Assembly (NCBI GenBank): GCA_964016885.1
Contig: OZ024743.1
Span: 311,736,001 to 311,800,000, forward strand
DNA: 64,000 nt
Reading direction: 5' to 3'
DNA from: Eledone cirrhosa
Taxonomy: Eukaryota
Shown one piece after another: positions 30,536 through 43,702 of the stretch. Both the position numbers and the translations under genes were made by a program. The number at the start of each line of letters is the position of its first letter. Within the stretch, counting starts at the first letter, position 1. Under the pieces are notes generated by a model that did no database searches, had not been told where the DNA came from, and saw only the letters and a program-made list of their open reading frames with translations.

Positions 30536-31344
30536 CCTCCAGCTTTCTATCATTCATGAACACGACCCTGGGATACTTTAATTTCTCCACCTGCTTCAGT
30601 GGAACGCCATTCAAATGTAGAGTGAACTGCCCAGGCTATCAAATGCAAGTGGGTGATCACTTTCTGTCGATTTAAGTAATACCTTTTTGTTTCGATTGTA
30701 ATCGAAACCTCCGGTGTCCTCGGTCCCCTGACTACCGTTTTCCTCTGCTAAATATAAACGAGGGCATCACTCCTGATGAAGGAGCCCCGAAAGGTGGAAT
30801 CACTGATACAGCTCGTATTATTGGCTGTTCTCCGAAGCAGAAAAAAAAAGCCTCCTCCATTTTGTCGGTGAGTTGCAGCTGATATATATCTTCCAGCCAA
30901 AGGTGTAGTGTTTTCTCTTATCCCATTTCTCCACCCTCCTTTCTTTTTCATCTTTCTTTCTCTCTTTCTGTTTGTGTTTTCCGTGGGTGAGAACAGAAAA
31001 TCCAAGGACAAATTCGGATAACACAAATTCTAGCTACGCTACTGAGGTGGAAGAAGACAAGAAAAAAATCCTAGCGGAAATTGTTCACAAATCTCAAAAG
31101 AAATGGGAAATAAATAAATTGAAGAAAATTAAGAATTAATTTCACAGAAAATTGAATTTTCCTGTTTACGAAGAAAAATCACTGTTCATTTTTCGCTGTA
31201 ATTTTATTATTGTAAATAACATTTTCTGTCGATTCAAATCATTATGAATGCATTGACTTGCTTGGATATTTTTTTTTATTATCATTACCTAACATGTGTA
31301 AAATGTATAGTTGTTACTTATTCTTTCTCATTTCTCTTTTAACC

Positions 31345-31690
31345 CCCATCTTGGCTCGAGGTATAGCATTCCAGGTATGTAACCTCGGTTTTGTTGATGC
31401 TGATTTTTAGTCCAAAGTTATCACACGCTGATGGGAAGCAATCGATTTTTTGTTGCATCTTATGCTGTATACTAGCATTGAGGACACAGTCATGAACGAG
31501 TAATAAGTCTTTGATGACAGTCTCTGTTAACTTTGTGAAAACCTGCAGACGTCGGAGGTTAAATAGCCCACCACCAGCCGTGTATCGGATGTGTATGACA
31601 TCCTGCCAATTGTGGAAGAAAATACCATACTGAAAAGTGTGAACGCCAGAACGCAACTTTGCTTCACACCGTTCGTCCAGATTTGAAAGT
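31345..31690 (-). mobile_element. RTE-clade LINE RT fragment, truncated at the Gypsy insertion
   Basis: NGVKQSCVLAFTLFSMVFS; IRY..GGLFNLRRL..IKDLL..DC.L..ACDNFGLKISINKTEV. Confidence 0.85.
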
Positions 31691-32689
31691 GTTGTAGTGG
31701 CCCCTTACGGCTGTGACTCAGCACGTATAGCAGTTACGTCCCTTTGCAACGGGCACGACTCCCAGCGGCAGAGTCATGTACTAAACGGAGTTGCGTCCCC
31801 CTGGGGACTATATAGTCGAGGATAATCAAACCATAAGACACACTACTCCTGAACTTCGAAGGGACAAGAACACCTGAGACATTGTCAAGAGATGACTCCT
31901 GTTTCACTTCCTTCGCACCCAAGAAGAAGAACACCGACAGCCTAAAGAAACACTTGAACCTTACCAAGAGAAGATATTCTGTTCTCCTCCACACACTCCA
32001 CTCTGGGAGTTGTGACCACCTGAACATCAACATGTGGTAACAATTCTTTATAACAATTTATTTGACTTCTGTGAAGTAAAACCATGTCACAACTCTCACC
32101 TGCATTTATTGTCATTCTTGATAATATTTTTATACACTGATACTAATTTCCTAAATTGGTGACCTGACATTTTTAAAATAAAAAAAAAAAAAGAATGGGA
32201 AACGGTACCATGTGTATATAAAAAATAAAAAAATTAAAAAAAAATTTAATACAGAACAACACACTTGATTCTCATATGGTTGTATTGACCGAGCTAAACA
32301 TATGTGCAAAACGAACACCCAAAGTTATTTACACACAAACAAACAGCAATTGTACGAATGTTTTTTCTATTTTCTCCTTTTCTCCTTTTCTCTGGCTAAA
32401 GATTTTGACGATGACAAGATGGCGGCTTTCTTCTTCATCAATAGTGTTTTGGGCGCGAAATAGTCCGCCATGTTGGTTTTAGTTTTAAATTCCCTGCCTC
32501 TACCTTATTAATGACATCGCTCGGTTAGTCGCTCCTTTGCATATTGTCTCGGATGCATTCTTTTTCCTGTCCAGTTGTTTGATAAAGAAAAATAAGCGAC
32601 TTTGTATTCCTTTTCTGTTGTGTTGGAGACATTTTTCCAAATGGAGACGATTTGGGGGGAGGGGGGGGGCAAATTACCTACGGTATAAC

Positions 32690-32933
32690 AATGGCATCTC
32701 ATTCAGCCATTATGGCGATGCAGGATTCCATTCAGGAACTCACCCTGGAGCTCCAGAAGATGAAGGTCTTGTGTGGTGCCCGTTCGCGCCCCCGCAGCCG
32801 CGGGAGATCTCAATCTTTTAGACGCCGTTCCAAATCACCAGCTTCATCTTTATGCTGGTACCATGAGCGATTCGCTGAGAGAGCGAACCACTGCGTGCAA
32901 CCTTGCTCGTTTCATAAGGCGGGAGACGCCTAA
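32690..32933 (+). pseudogene. gag C-terminal remnant (most of gag deleted)
   Basis: RSRS-rich tract and CWYHERFAERANHCVQPC. Lacks the N-terminal part seen in the paralogue at 56100. Confidence 0.75.
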
Positions 32934-32944
32934 GAGGTCCGCTG

Positions 32945-35900
32945 ATGGGGTCAGTTGACCTCAACATATAGCCACCAAACCGCCATTTCTTCATTAAGGA
33001 CCTTATGTCGGGAAGAGGTTTCCTCGTGGATACAGGAGCCTCCTGTAGTATTTGGCCGGTCCATTGCCTGAAAGATACCCCCGAAGAGTCATCCGTTACT
33101 CTGCAGGCAGTTAATCACTCGTCTAAAAAGGCGTATGGGCAAATCTCGCTCCCTCTCAATTCCTAAATCTTCGGGGGGATATTAAGTGGATATTTACGGT
33201 TGCCGATTTGCCATACCCTATCTTAGGAGCGGACTTCCTCCACAACTTCTCTTTGACTGTGGACGTCCGTGGCCAACGCCTGGTGGATGACATCACTGGT
33301 TTTTCAATTCGTGGGCAGAAAGCTAATTTTCCAACGGTTAGCCCGACCTTTTTCATCGCTAATGCTGGGAATCCCTATCATGCATTGTTGAATTCTTTCC
33401 CACAGCTTACTCAGGGAAATTTTCGAGTTGTCGAACCGACTCACACAACGGAGCATTTTATCTCTACAACTGGCGCCCCAGTGTTCTCACGTCCACGCCG
33501 CTTACCGGCGGACAAATTAAAGGCAGCACGGTCCGAGGTCGACCATATGCTGCAGCTGGGCATTATTCGCCCATCTACGAGTCCTTGGACTTCACCGTTA
33601 CACATGGTGCCCAAGACTTCCGGCGACTGGAGACCCACTGGGGATTATAGGAGGTTAAATGCTATGAACGTCCCGGATAGGTATCCCATTCCCCATCTCC
33701 ACGATTTCGCATCTTCATTTCAGGGGTGTAAGATTTTCTCAAAACTAGATTTAGTGCGAGCCTACCACCAAACTCCGGTCAGGAAGGAGGATATTCCGAA
33801 AATGGCGATTACAACTCCTTTCGGATCCTTCAAATTTTTTACCATGCCTTTTGGACTCAGGAACGCCGCTAGCACTTTTCAGCGGTTCATAGACGAAGTC
33901 ACTCGTGGTCTGGACTTTGTTTATGCTTACATAGACGATATTCTCGTCGCTAGTTCCTCTCCGTAAGAGCATATGCGCCACATGCATCTCTTATTTCGGC
34001 GACTTCAGGATTACCGCGTTCGTGGGAATCCTGCAAAGTATGTTTACGGTTCCACTTCGCTAAATTTTTTAGGCCACCTCATCGATGCCGAAGGTATTAG
34101 GCCACTCCCTCAGCGAGTTCAAGCCATACAGGATTTACCTCCGCCTACTACACTTCACCAGTTGCGTCACTTCTTAGGCCTTATCAATTTCTATAGGCGT
34201 TTCATTCCTCATTGTGCTAATGTGCTGTCTTCCCTTACTGACATTTTGAAAAATCGTCGTAAGAAGAATGAGGATATTTCCTTGACACAAGGACAGCTTC
34301 AAGACTTCCAGACTGCCAAGACAGCACTCGCTAGTTCATCTTTGCTAGCCCACCCGGTACCAGAGCCCAAGCTTTCGCTTTGTGTTGATGCATCTGATAT
34401 CGCTGTGGGAGCAGTTTTACAGCAGTTCAACTCTGGAAACCAACAACCTTTGGCATTTTTCTCGAGGAAGCTGAAACCAGCAGAAACGCGTTACAGCACG
34501 TTTGGGCGGGAATTATTAACCATATATCTGTCGGTGAAACATTTCTCTCATATTCTTGAGGGGAGAAATGTTACTGTTTTAACCGACCACAAACCTCTGA
34601 CCTTCGCTTTGAGGGCTAAAGCCGACAGATATTCGCCCAGAGAGACAAGGCACCTGGACTACATTTCGCAATTTACAAATGATATCCAGCACATTGCTGG
34701 CTCGCATAACATAGCTGCAGACGCATTGTCACGTTTGCCAATCAGCTCCATCTCGTCATCCCAGGAGATCGACTTAGGTCGTTTAGCTTCAGACCAACCA
34801 GCACTCCAATCGTTGGATACTCTTTCTGCCGAATTTGCGACTTGCATCTTCAAATATCTGCCCTTGTCGACCACCGACAAGCAGATTCTATGTGATGTAT
34901 CTACGGATTAACCACGACCATTTGTTCCTGAGACACACCGTCGAATTGTGTTCCTTGCTTTGCACAGCATTTCTCACCCAGGAATTTCTGCCTCAGTAAA
35001 GCTTATAACGGCTAGATTTTTCTGGCCCAATATGAGGCGAGAAATTACTGTCTGGTGCCGTTCCTGCACACAGTGTCAAAAATCTAAAGTCCACAGACAC
35101 ATCCGGACTCCACTTGGTACATTCAGTACTCCAGATGCTCGGTTTCAACACATCCACATTGACATCGTTGGACCTTGGCCATTCAGCAGTGGATATTCGT
35201 ACCTCTTGACCTGCATCGATCGTTTTTCGCGATGGCCTGAAGCCATCCCCTTACAAGATATAACTGCCGAGACTAGCGCGTGCCCTGGTATCAGGGTGGA
35301 TTACCCGCTTTGGGGTACCAACTACAGTCACCACAGACCGTGGTAGACAATTTGAGTCTCATCTTTTCTCTGAGCTCACAAAGATCATTGGCGCTCAACG
35401 GATTCGGACCACAGCCTATCATCCTGCTTCAAACGGAATGGTGGAACGATTCCACCGCCAATTAAAGGCCGCTCTTCGCGCCTATCCAGACTCTCAACGT
35501 TGGAGCGAGTACCTTCCTAGTGTGTTGTTAGGAATTCGGTCATCAATAAAGGAGGACCTTGGGTTCTCCCCGGCCGAATTACTGTATGGTGCTCCTCTAG
35601 CGTTGCCTGGGCAAATGCTTTCCCCCTGTTGATCTTGCTTTCCAGGACCCTGTTTCCTACGTATCTCGTTTGCGCTCCTATTTTCAGGACTTACCGCCCA
35701 TGAATACTAGGAAACAAACTATTAAAGCTGCAGTCCCGAGAGATATTGCCTCGTGCACCCATGTGTTCGTAAGAAACGATGCCGTGAGACCACCTCTCAC
35801 ACAACCGTACTCTGGACCCTACCATGTATTAGCTCGTTCTGATAAACATTTCACTGTAGACATTAAGGGATCCAGAGAGACCATTGCGGTTGATAGACTT

Positions 35901-36010
35901 AAACGGGCCCACACAGATGCTCACACACCTGAGCCACATACACCCCCATCTTTCTCTTTTGCACACACACCTGTTTCTTTGCCCCCCCCCCCCCCCCATT
36001 ACCAAGATAC
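32945..36010 (+). pseudogene. Gypsy pol (protease, RT, RNase H, integrase) with stops and frameshifts
   Basis: [55 protein letters not shown]. Confidence 0.95.
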
Positions 36011-36924
36011 AAGACCACGACCCGTTCCGGTCGAAGAGTCCACTGACCCAAGGAACTCCTCCAAACTGTTATCATATGAACTGGCCACTGGAGCCTTTTT
36101 GGAAACAAACTCTGCCAAAATGTTTTCATGTGAACTGGCCACTGGAGCCTTTTTTTGTTTTTCTCTTTATTGTATTACTGTGTACCCTTTCTTTACCATT
36201 TCATGCCTGATTACATGTACCCCTTGCGTTGATATTTCATGCCTGTGCTGGGAGCCCATGCTTGTGGGTTCGCTACAGTTACCTTCGAGCTTTTCGCCTA
36301 GCGTCTGGAGGAGGGTACTGTAGCGGCCCCTTACGGCTGTGACTCAGCACGTATAGGAGTTACGTCCCTTTGCGACGGGCGCGACTCCCAGCGGCAGAGT
36401 CATGTACTAAACGGATTTGCGTCCGCTTGGGGACTATATAGTCGAGGACAATCAAGCCATAAGACACACTCTACTCCTGAATTTTGAAGGGACAAGAACA
36501 CCTGAGACCTTGTCAAGAGATGACTCCTGTTTCACTTCCTTCGCACCCAAGAAGAAGAACACCGACAGCCTAAAGAAACACTTGAACCTTACCAAGAGAA
36601 GATTTTCTGTTCTCCTCCACACACTCCAGTCTGGGAGTTGTAACCACCTGAACATCAACATGTGGTAACAATTCTTTATAACAATTTATTTGACTTCTGT
36701 GAAGTAAAACCATTTCACAACTCTCACATGCATTTATTGTCATTCTTGATAATATTTATATACACTGATACTAATTTCCTAAAGTGTTATACTCCACACT
36801 TGAAATAATGTTTCTCTAAATCATTTCACTTTAAGAAACATTAAGTAACATTAAGTAACGGTAAATACGGTGTTAAAATAACACTTCTTTCTTCAAATAA
36901 ATAGCAGGCGTCCGGTTTATAAAT

Positions 36925-37112
36925 AATTGTTTCTACTTTTGGCACAAGGCCCAGCAATTATCCCAGTGCATTACTGGTACTTTAATTTATCGACCCTGTT
37001 ATGAAGAAAGGCAAAGTTAACCTCGGCGAGATTTGAACTCAGATCATAAAGGGGCATAACTCTGTGTTGCAAAGCATAGCGTCCTCCCCTCTACCGATAC
37101 TGCTAATTCACC
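36925..37112 (-). mobile_element. tRNA-derived SINE
   Basis: Reverse complement of the 11195/42925 family. Confidence 0.8.
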
Positions 37113-37419
37113 GGTCTTTTTGATCCTGCGTAATTGTATGTCCGGTATTGCAATAACGCTTCTTCAAAACACTTCATTCTATTTTCAAATAAACTTTAGA
37201 TAACGTTATGTCCAATATTGAAATAACGTTTAATCAAATCTATTTTCAAATGAACATTAGATAAGGCTATATCCAGTATTGAAATAACCTTTCTTTAAAT
37301 TGTTTCATTCTACTTTCAAAGAGACAATGAGTAACAGTGCATCAGGTTTTGAAATAATATTTCATTATACCCTAGATAACTGTACATCCGATGTTGAAAT
37401 AATCTTTCTACAAATCTAA

Positions 37420-37740
37420 TTATTATCAGCTTGTCGCACAGCATTTGTTGGTGGTGGTGTAATATTGGTGCCACCTGTCCTCAACCAGTGGGCTGAGGTG
37501 GCACCTTCAATTATCAAGCACTTTTCAAAGTATCCTAGCAGTTCCAAGGAATGTTGTTTCCTGTAAAGGCCTCACCCTGAGTTCGCCCCAATGGTTTTTA
37601 AAATAGCTTTCAATTCTGGTGCTCACGGTACCAAGCACCCGATACAACTGGGGTCACCTCAACATTTTTCATTGCCCACGAATGTGTTACTCCCATGCTA
37701 GTGGTTCGTATCTCTCAACCTTCTTCAATTCTTTATCCAG
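37420..37740 (-). mobile_element. R4/Dong-like non-LTR retrotransposon 3' fragment (RLE domain)
   Basis: KELKKVERYEPL..MKNVEVTPVV..LGTV..LQ....LGTARI, read across frameshifts. Confidence 0.6.
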
Positions 37741-37754
37741 TTATTAATATTATT

Positions 37755-38876
37755 ATTGGCAGTATCGGTAGAGCGTCAGACACCATGCTTTACGATATAG
37801 AGTTACGGCCCTTTACGTTCTAAGTTCAAACCCCACCGATAAAATAAATAGCTTTTCATTCTTATGAGGTCAATAAAATAAAGTACCAGTAATGCACTGA
37901 GGTTGATTTAATCGATCTACCCCTCCCCCCAAATTACTGGCCTTGTGCCTAAATCAGAAACCATTATTATCACTATTATTCGATGGAGCGTCGGACACCA
38001 TTGCTTCGTGGCATATAGTTACGTCCCTTTGCGTTCTTATTTCAAATCCCGCCGAAGTTAGCTTTTGCATTTCATCCTTACGGTTGTCGATAAAATAAAG
38101 CACCAGTAAGGCACTGGCGTTGATTTCATCGACTTTCCTTCTTCTTCAAATTGCTGGCCTTGTATCTAAATCAGAAACCATTATTACTGGAGGATAGCGG
38201 AAGATTGGTAGAATCGTTATAGTGTTGAATAAAATGTTTTACTGTGTTTGTTTAAACTCTTTATGTTCTGAGTTCAAATCCTTGCCTAAAGCAAATCTAC
38301 CATTCATCCTTCCCTCCTATCAGATGGGATTGGCGGGAGGTGTGCAGTGTAATACCAAGCGGCTAACATAAAAATAATAAATAATTTGTAATGTTATTCA
38401 TACAACGGGTCTAAAAACATCTGACTGATAAAATGACAAGTCAGTCAATCATATGGTGTCGGCAAAATATAGTACAACTCGTACTGAAGTCAATTTTATT
38501 GCCTACTCCTCACCCTTTAAAATTGCTGGCCTTAGAATCTAGTACCAGTAATACACTGGAATAATTGCTGGCCTTGTGCCAAAAGTAGAAACAATTATTA
38601 TAAATAATATTAGAGTTACGGCCCTTTCCATTCTGAGTTCAAATCCCGCCGAGGTCAACTTTGCCTTTCATCCTTACGGGGTCGATAAAATAAAGTACCA
38701 ATAATGTACTGGGTATTTGCTGGCCTTGTGCCAAAAGTAGAAACAATTTTAAATAAATAATTGTTTCTACTTTCGGCACAAGGCCAGCAATTACCCAGTG
38801 TGTTTCTGGTACTTTATTTTATCGACCCCGTAAGGATGAAAGGCAAAGTTAACCTCGGCGGGATTTGAACTCAGAA
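37755..38876. mobile_element. Cluster of about six SINE copies, last pair tail-to-tail (38610-38750 + / 38757-38876 -)
   Basis: Repeated GTTCAAATCCCGCCGAGG..GTCGATAAAATAAAGTACCA cores. Confidence 0.85.
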
Positions 38877-39554
38877 TATTTTCTGTTTACACTTGCTTGG
38901 AAATTTGTTTTTCTCTTCAATTTATTATTTTGTTATTTCATTTAACCAGTGGGAAATAAGAAATATATTTTTAATCCGTGAAAACATTCAAAACATTAAG
39001 GATTAGTGTGAAGAAGATTGGTTAATATTCTTGTTGATATCGTAGGTGTTTTGTAAGATATGTGAATAGAACACAAAGGATGGGGTTTCGTGTAACAATT
39101 CCGAAGCGAAATTGTCTGCATGCAATATAATATATAATATGTAAGCACGCATACAATATATATTAATGTCTATTTCAAAGTTACTTTCGTTGTAAATTGT
39201 AAGTCTTTATATTTCTCCTGGGTTTAACTCTATACATATTTGTTTGTCATGTTTTCCCTGCATTTTATTTTAATAGATTTCTTGTCCTGTATAAATATGT
39301 ACATTTTTTGTCATGTCAAAAGACTTATACTGTTGTTTTGTTATCTCGAACAGTTCTCTTTAAACGGTATTCAGACAAAGGGAAGAATAGTACTGTCGTA
39401 GTATACCGAAACTTTAGAATACACATTAACAATCTGATGAGCGGGAAATCTCCATGTGACCGTCTTCTCAGCTTTTCTGTGTCATTCGTTTGTTCCTTGT
39501 GTTGTCCCTTACGTAGCACTGGGGAGATAAAGTTAATATAAAGAGTGGTGTGCA

Positions 39555-39765
39555 CATGTGTGGAGATGCTATAAAATAGCTTTTAAAATAGGGTGAAGAC
39601 CTTTAAAGACGGAAAAAGAGGTTGTCATCAGCCGCTACAAGGAATCGAACCCCATGGGAAATGCGGGCTCCGATTCCTTGTAGCGGCGGATGACAACTTC
39701 TGTTTACGTCTTTAAGGGTCTTCGCCCTATTTTAGAAGCTATTTTATAGCATCAACACACATGAG
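39555..39765. repeat. ~200-bp palindrome (fold-back element)
   Basis: GATGCTATAAAATAGC..CCGCTACAAGGAATCG / CGATTCCTTGTAGCGG..GCTATTTTATAGCATC. Confidence 0.8.
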
Positions 39766-39769
39766 CGCG

Positions 39770-39834
<65 letters not shown>

Positions 39835-39884
39835 GAAGGGGACAAAAAACAGAGGCACAAAAAGTCTTATTAGTTTCACGCTTC

Positions 39885-39948
<64 letters not shown>

Positions 39949-40047
39949 CTGTACATACACCGACACTTAGATACATATACACATACATTTATATAGATAT
40001 ATAGATATATATACATATACACATATATATATTTATATATACATATA

Positions 40048-40083
<36 letters not shown>

Positions 40084-40084
40084 A

Positions 40085-40324
40085 CAAAGAAATTGTGGTA
40101 AGGAACCAGGTGGACCATAACGCACCAGAGTACTCAATACTTAAGGTAGTAGAGTGGGAAATAGGAAAAAGTATGACCCCGACGGCAGAGCTCAAGCCGT
40201 TTCGACGGCTATTTCTGTGTCCAGAAGAAGAAGAGGAAGAAGGGTAGACGTACGAACAATAGCACACACACACACACACACATATATATTCAAATGTGAT
40301 TATGTGTGTGTGTCTGTGTCTGTG

Positions 40325-40365
<41 letters not shown>

Positions 40366-40565
40366 AAAAAGTATGACCCCGACGGCAGAGCTCAAGCCGT
40401 TTCGACGGGTATTTCTATGTCCAGAAATAACCGTCGAAACGGCTTGAGCTCTGCCGTCGGGGTCATACCTTTTCCTATATATATAACACAGACACAGACA
40501 CACACACAATCACATTTGAATATATATGTGTGTTTGTGTCTGTGTGCTTGATTGTTCGTACGTGT
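40085..40565. repeat. Nested fold-back PLE-tail copies
   Basis: 40247-40410 is mirrored by 40420-40562. The GACCCCGACGGCAGAGCTCAAGCCGTTTCGAC motif occurs three times (one inverted). Confidence 0.75.
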
Positions 40566-40672
40566 ATGTGTAAGAGCACACGCGCCATTGACTGTGACGT
40601 CCAGTAAGACAAATGACTTGTATGAAATATGAGAGAAATGTACTTTAGCCGTTCGCACTTAGTTGACCCCTG

Positions 40673-40754
40673 GAAGAAGAAGAAGAAGAAGAAGAAGAAG
40701 AAGAAGAAGAAGAAGAAGAAGAAGAAGAAGACGAAGAAGAAGAAGAAGAAGAAG
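40673..40754 (+). repeat. (GAA)n microsatellite
   Basis: Direct inspection. Confidence 0.97.
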
Positions 40755-41141
40755 CTAGACAGACGTGCCAGTTGCTAGACAGACGAAAAGCCATTGATCA
40801 TAGTTTTTACATGATTGGGATTGAGACGAGACTAAACACCAATAACAATGTAAAGAAAGGATGAGAAAGTTTAGGAAATGTTTTCAAAGGTTTTTCCTAT
40901 TGCTAATACCCGATAGACGAGGGATCATTTCGTCAGAGCCGGTAAGTTGATATTTTAATCAGATAAGGTGTGATACAGGGTACAGGTGAAATAAGTAAAT
41001 AAATAAATAAATAAATCCCTACAGTTAAATGGATATCAAATAACCTAACCCCGAAATTTACTGATAAAAAAGTAAAAATATACTGTTCAATCAAACCTTA
41101 CAGTATGTATGTATGTATATATATTTATCTAAACATCTATT

Positions 41142-41211
<70 letters not shown>

Positions 41212-42049
41212 AATTTCGTTAAAGCGCGTGTGTTCAGCTCACAATCGTAAGGTCGTGAGTTCGATTCCCGATTGAGCTGTGTTTCCTTCGGGGATACACA
41301 ATATTTTTTCATGTCCCAGTCCACTCAGCTGACAAAAATACAGCTTGACACCATGCATACTCTATATATAGTGTATATATAATCTATATATACATTATAT
41401 ATACACTATATATACTCTATATATGGTGTTGTCTAAAGAGAAGTTAAAAATTGATACCGCTTGGCACCAGTGACGTCGTAACTCATATATACACTGAGAG
41501 ATGGAGAAGGCTGGAGAGACGGAGGTGGTGACTGTGGGAATTTGGTTCCTCTGTGTTCGGACCTGGTGTACATCTGTGTGTGACTGATTTTTCTCTTTCA
41601 TTCATGTCTCTATATTCACAAGCAAATAAATGAAACTTAAAGACATGTGATTCAGAGCATGTTTAATTTGTATTTATATACTATCTGTACACTTTAGTTT
41701 TTACGGTAAATGTATAACTATTAAGAATCAGAGTACATTAAAATACAAAACAAATGTTGGTTCAAGTATTATAGCCCGATTGTACAGGGGGAGGAAAAAA
41801 GAAAATGAAAAGGAGAAAAAAATAGAATCAAGTAACGAAAGAAAGGGAGAGTAGAGGACAATCACTACACCCCAGTTTGAGTGGTGACGTCAAAAGCGTT
41901 ATCGCGGAGAATGGCTAGAGAAACTCGCTGCAACTGCTCTCCACCTCACGGGATACATTTATCTACACTATAGATGATGTTGTCCATGAGAAAGGCAAAA
42001 TAAACGATACAGCTAACCACCAGTGACGTTATAATTTATATATACACTC

Positions 42050-42395
42050 TAAAAGGGTAAAGAACCCTTCGATCACAAATGACCATGGAATTTGCACCTA
42101 GAGAGTTTCTCTCCGAGGTTTAAGTACGGGCAAGGCTGTTTGTGGAAGATCAGCAATCGCCCATGCATACCAGCTTCCCCCTCTCCAAGCTACCGATGTT
42201 GTCCTAGGGAAAGGCAAAGGCTGATACAGTATGACACCAGTGACATCGCAACTCATTTCTACAGCTGGGTAAATTGGAGCAACACGAAATAAAATGTCTT
42301 GCTCAAGAACACAACGTATGACACGGTCCGAGAATCGAACTCACAACCTCTCGATTGCAAGCTCACTGCTCGAACCGCTAAGCCATGCGCCTTCA
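42050..42395 (-). mobile_element. Second tRNA-derived SINE family (partial copies at 41222-41355 and 42430-42555)
   Basis: Minus strand head GGCGCATGGCTTAGCGGTT..GAGTTCGATTC with A- and B-box-like motifs. Confidence 0.75.
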
Positions 42396-42734
42396 TATTA
42401 TACATAGTATACACTATATATACACTATAGGTGATTTTGTCCAGGAGAAAAGCAAAATCTGAAACAGCTTAGCACCAGTGACGTCACAACTCGTTGTGTA
42501 ACAGCTGAGGGGGCTAGAGCAACGTGAAATAAAGAATCTTGCTCAAAGACACGACGTTCCATTAAGTTAAGGGACCTACAACAGTGATTAATTGTAATTT
42601 CCTTAAAGGACAAGCTGGTTTGTTTGTTGTTTTGTTCGATTATTTCTCCTGACTAATTTGAAACGTACCTTATGTAAACATACACACACACACACACACA
42701 CACCATCCACACACATACCTATATACATAGGTAT

Positions 42735-42776
<42 letters not shown>

Positions 42777-42923
42777 CTCACATGAAGTCGTTTCCCTCAC
42801 TGATTAACTGTGCACTCTAACCGGTTGAATTGGAATTTTAACAGTAGGTACTTAATTGGTTATTGGGTGAGTGGGGGAACGACCTTGGCTATGTCCATTC
42901 TGTTCGACAAGTTTCGTCTCATA

Positions 42924-43107
42924 ATGGTGGATTGGCAGTATCGGTAGAGGGTCGGACGCCATGCTTTCCAGCATAGTTACGTCCCTTTACGATCTGAGTT
43001 CAAATCCTGCCGAGGTTGACTTTGCCTTTCATCCTTACGGGGTCGATAAAATAAAGTACCAGTAATGCACTGGGTAATTGCTGGCCTTGTGCCTAAAGTA
43101 GAAACAA

Positions 43108-43112
<5 letters not shown>
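42924..43112 (+). mobile_element. tRNA-derived SINE
   Basis: Same family as 11195. Confidence 0.82.
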
Positions 43113-43142
<30 letters not shown>

Positions 43143-43702
43143 GAAAGGTATAGAAATTGTTTTAGCGATAAGCTAACAGTATTCCATAACATATATGCGA
43201 CTATGTCGTCAAGATGGGAAAAATAGTTAACGTAAGATGTAGGAAAAATAATTCAAACTCATCTCAAAAGAGAATCAGGATATAAATTCATCCACAGAAT
43301 TTAGTGAAATCCAGGGAAAAATCAATAGAGCCTTAACTCATGATAAAATAAAGTCTAAAATACTTATCCTTCAATTTGGAAAAACATCAAATGCTCTGTA
43401 TAGTCTTGAAGACTATTTCATGAAAACTTTCAGTGGAGATGTATATAGATAGATAGATAGATAGATAGATAAATTTCTATTTATTTGCCACGAGGGCACA
43501 AAGAAGGGGACATTTACACAGTGGGGGAGTTTACATAAATCGAGTAAAGAAAAAAGGAATAACAATAATAATATAATAATAAAAAGTCCTCAAAAGGGAG
43601 GGGGCGTGTTCGGGATTGCACATACCCCCGAAAAGTGTGCAACCCTTTTCGCGGGGGAAGCCCAGAGAGGAGGCGCTCCCCCTTTCCTCTTCACTTCTTC
43701 AC

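Larger units (their letters stand above)
31693..36783 (+). mobile_element. Gypsy LTR retrotransposon, CsRn1-like, degenerate; LTRs 31693-32155 and 36319-36783; TSD GTGT
   Basis: Two similar ~465-bp LTRs, PBS TGGTGACC at 32157 (tRNA-Trp-like), PPT GGAGGAGGG, CHCC Gag knuckle CWYH..C..PC, and PR-RT-RH-IN domain order. Confidence 0.95.
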
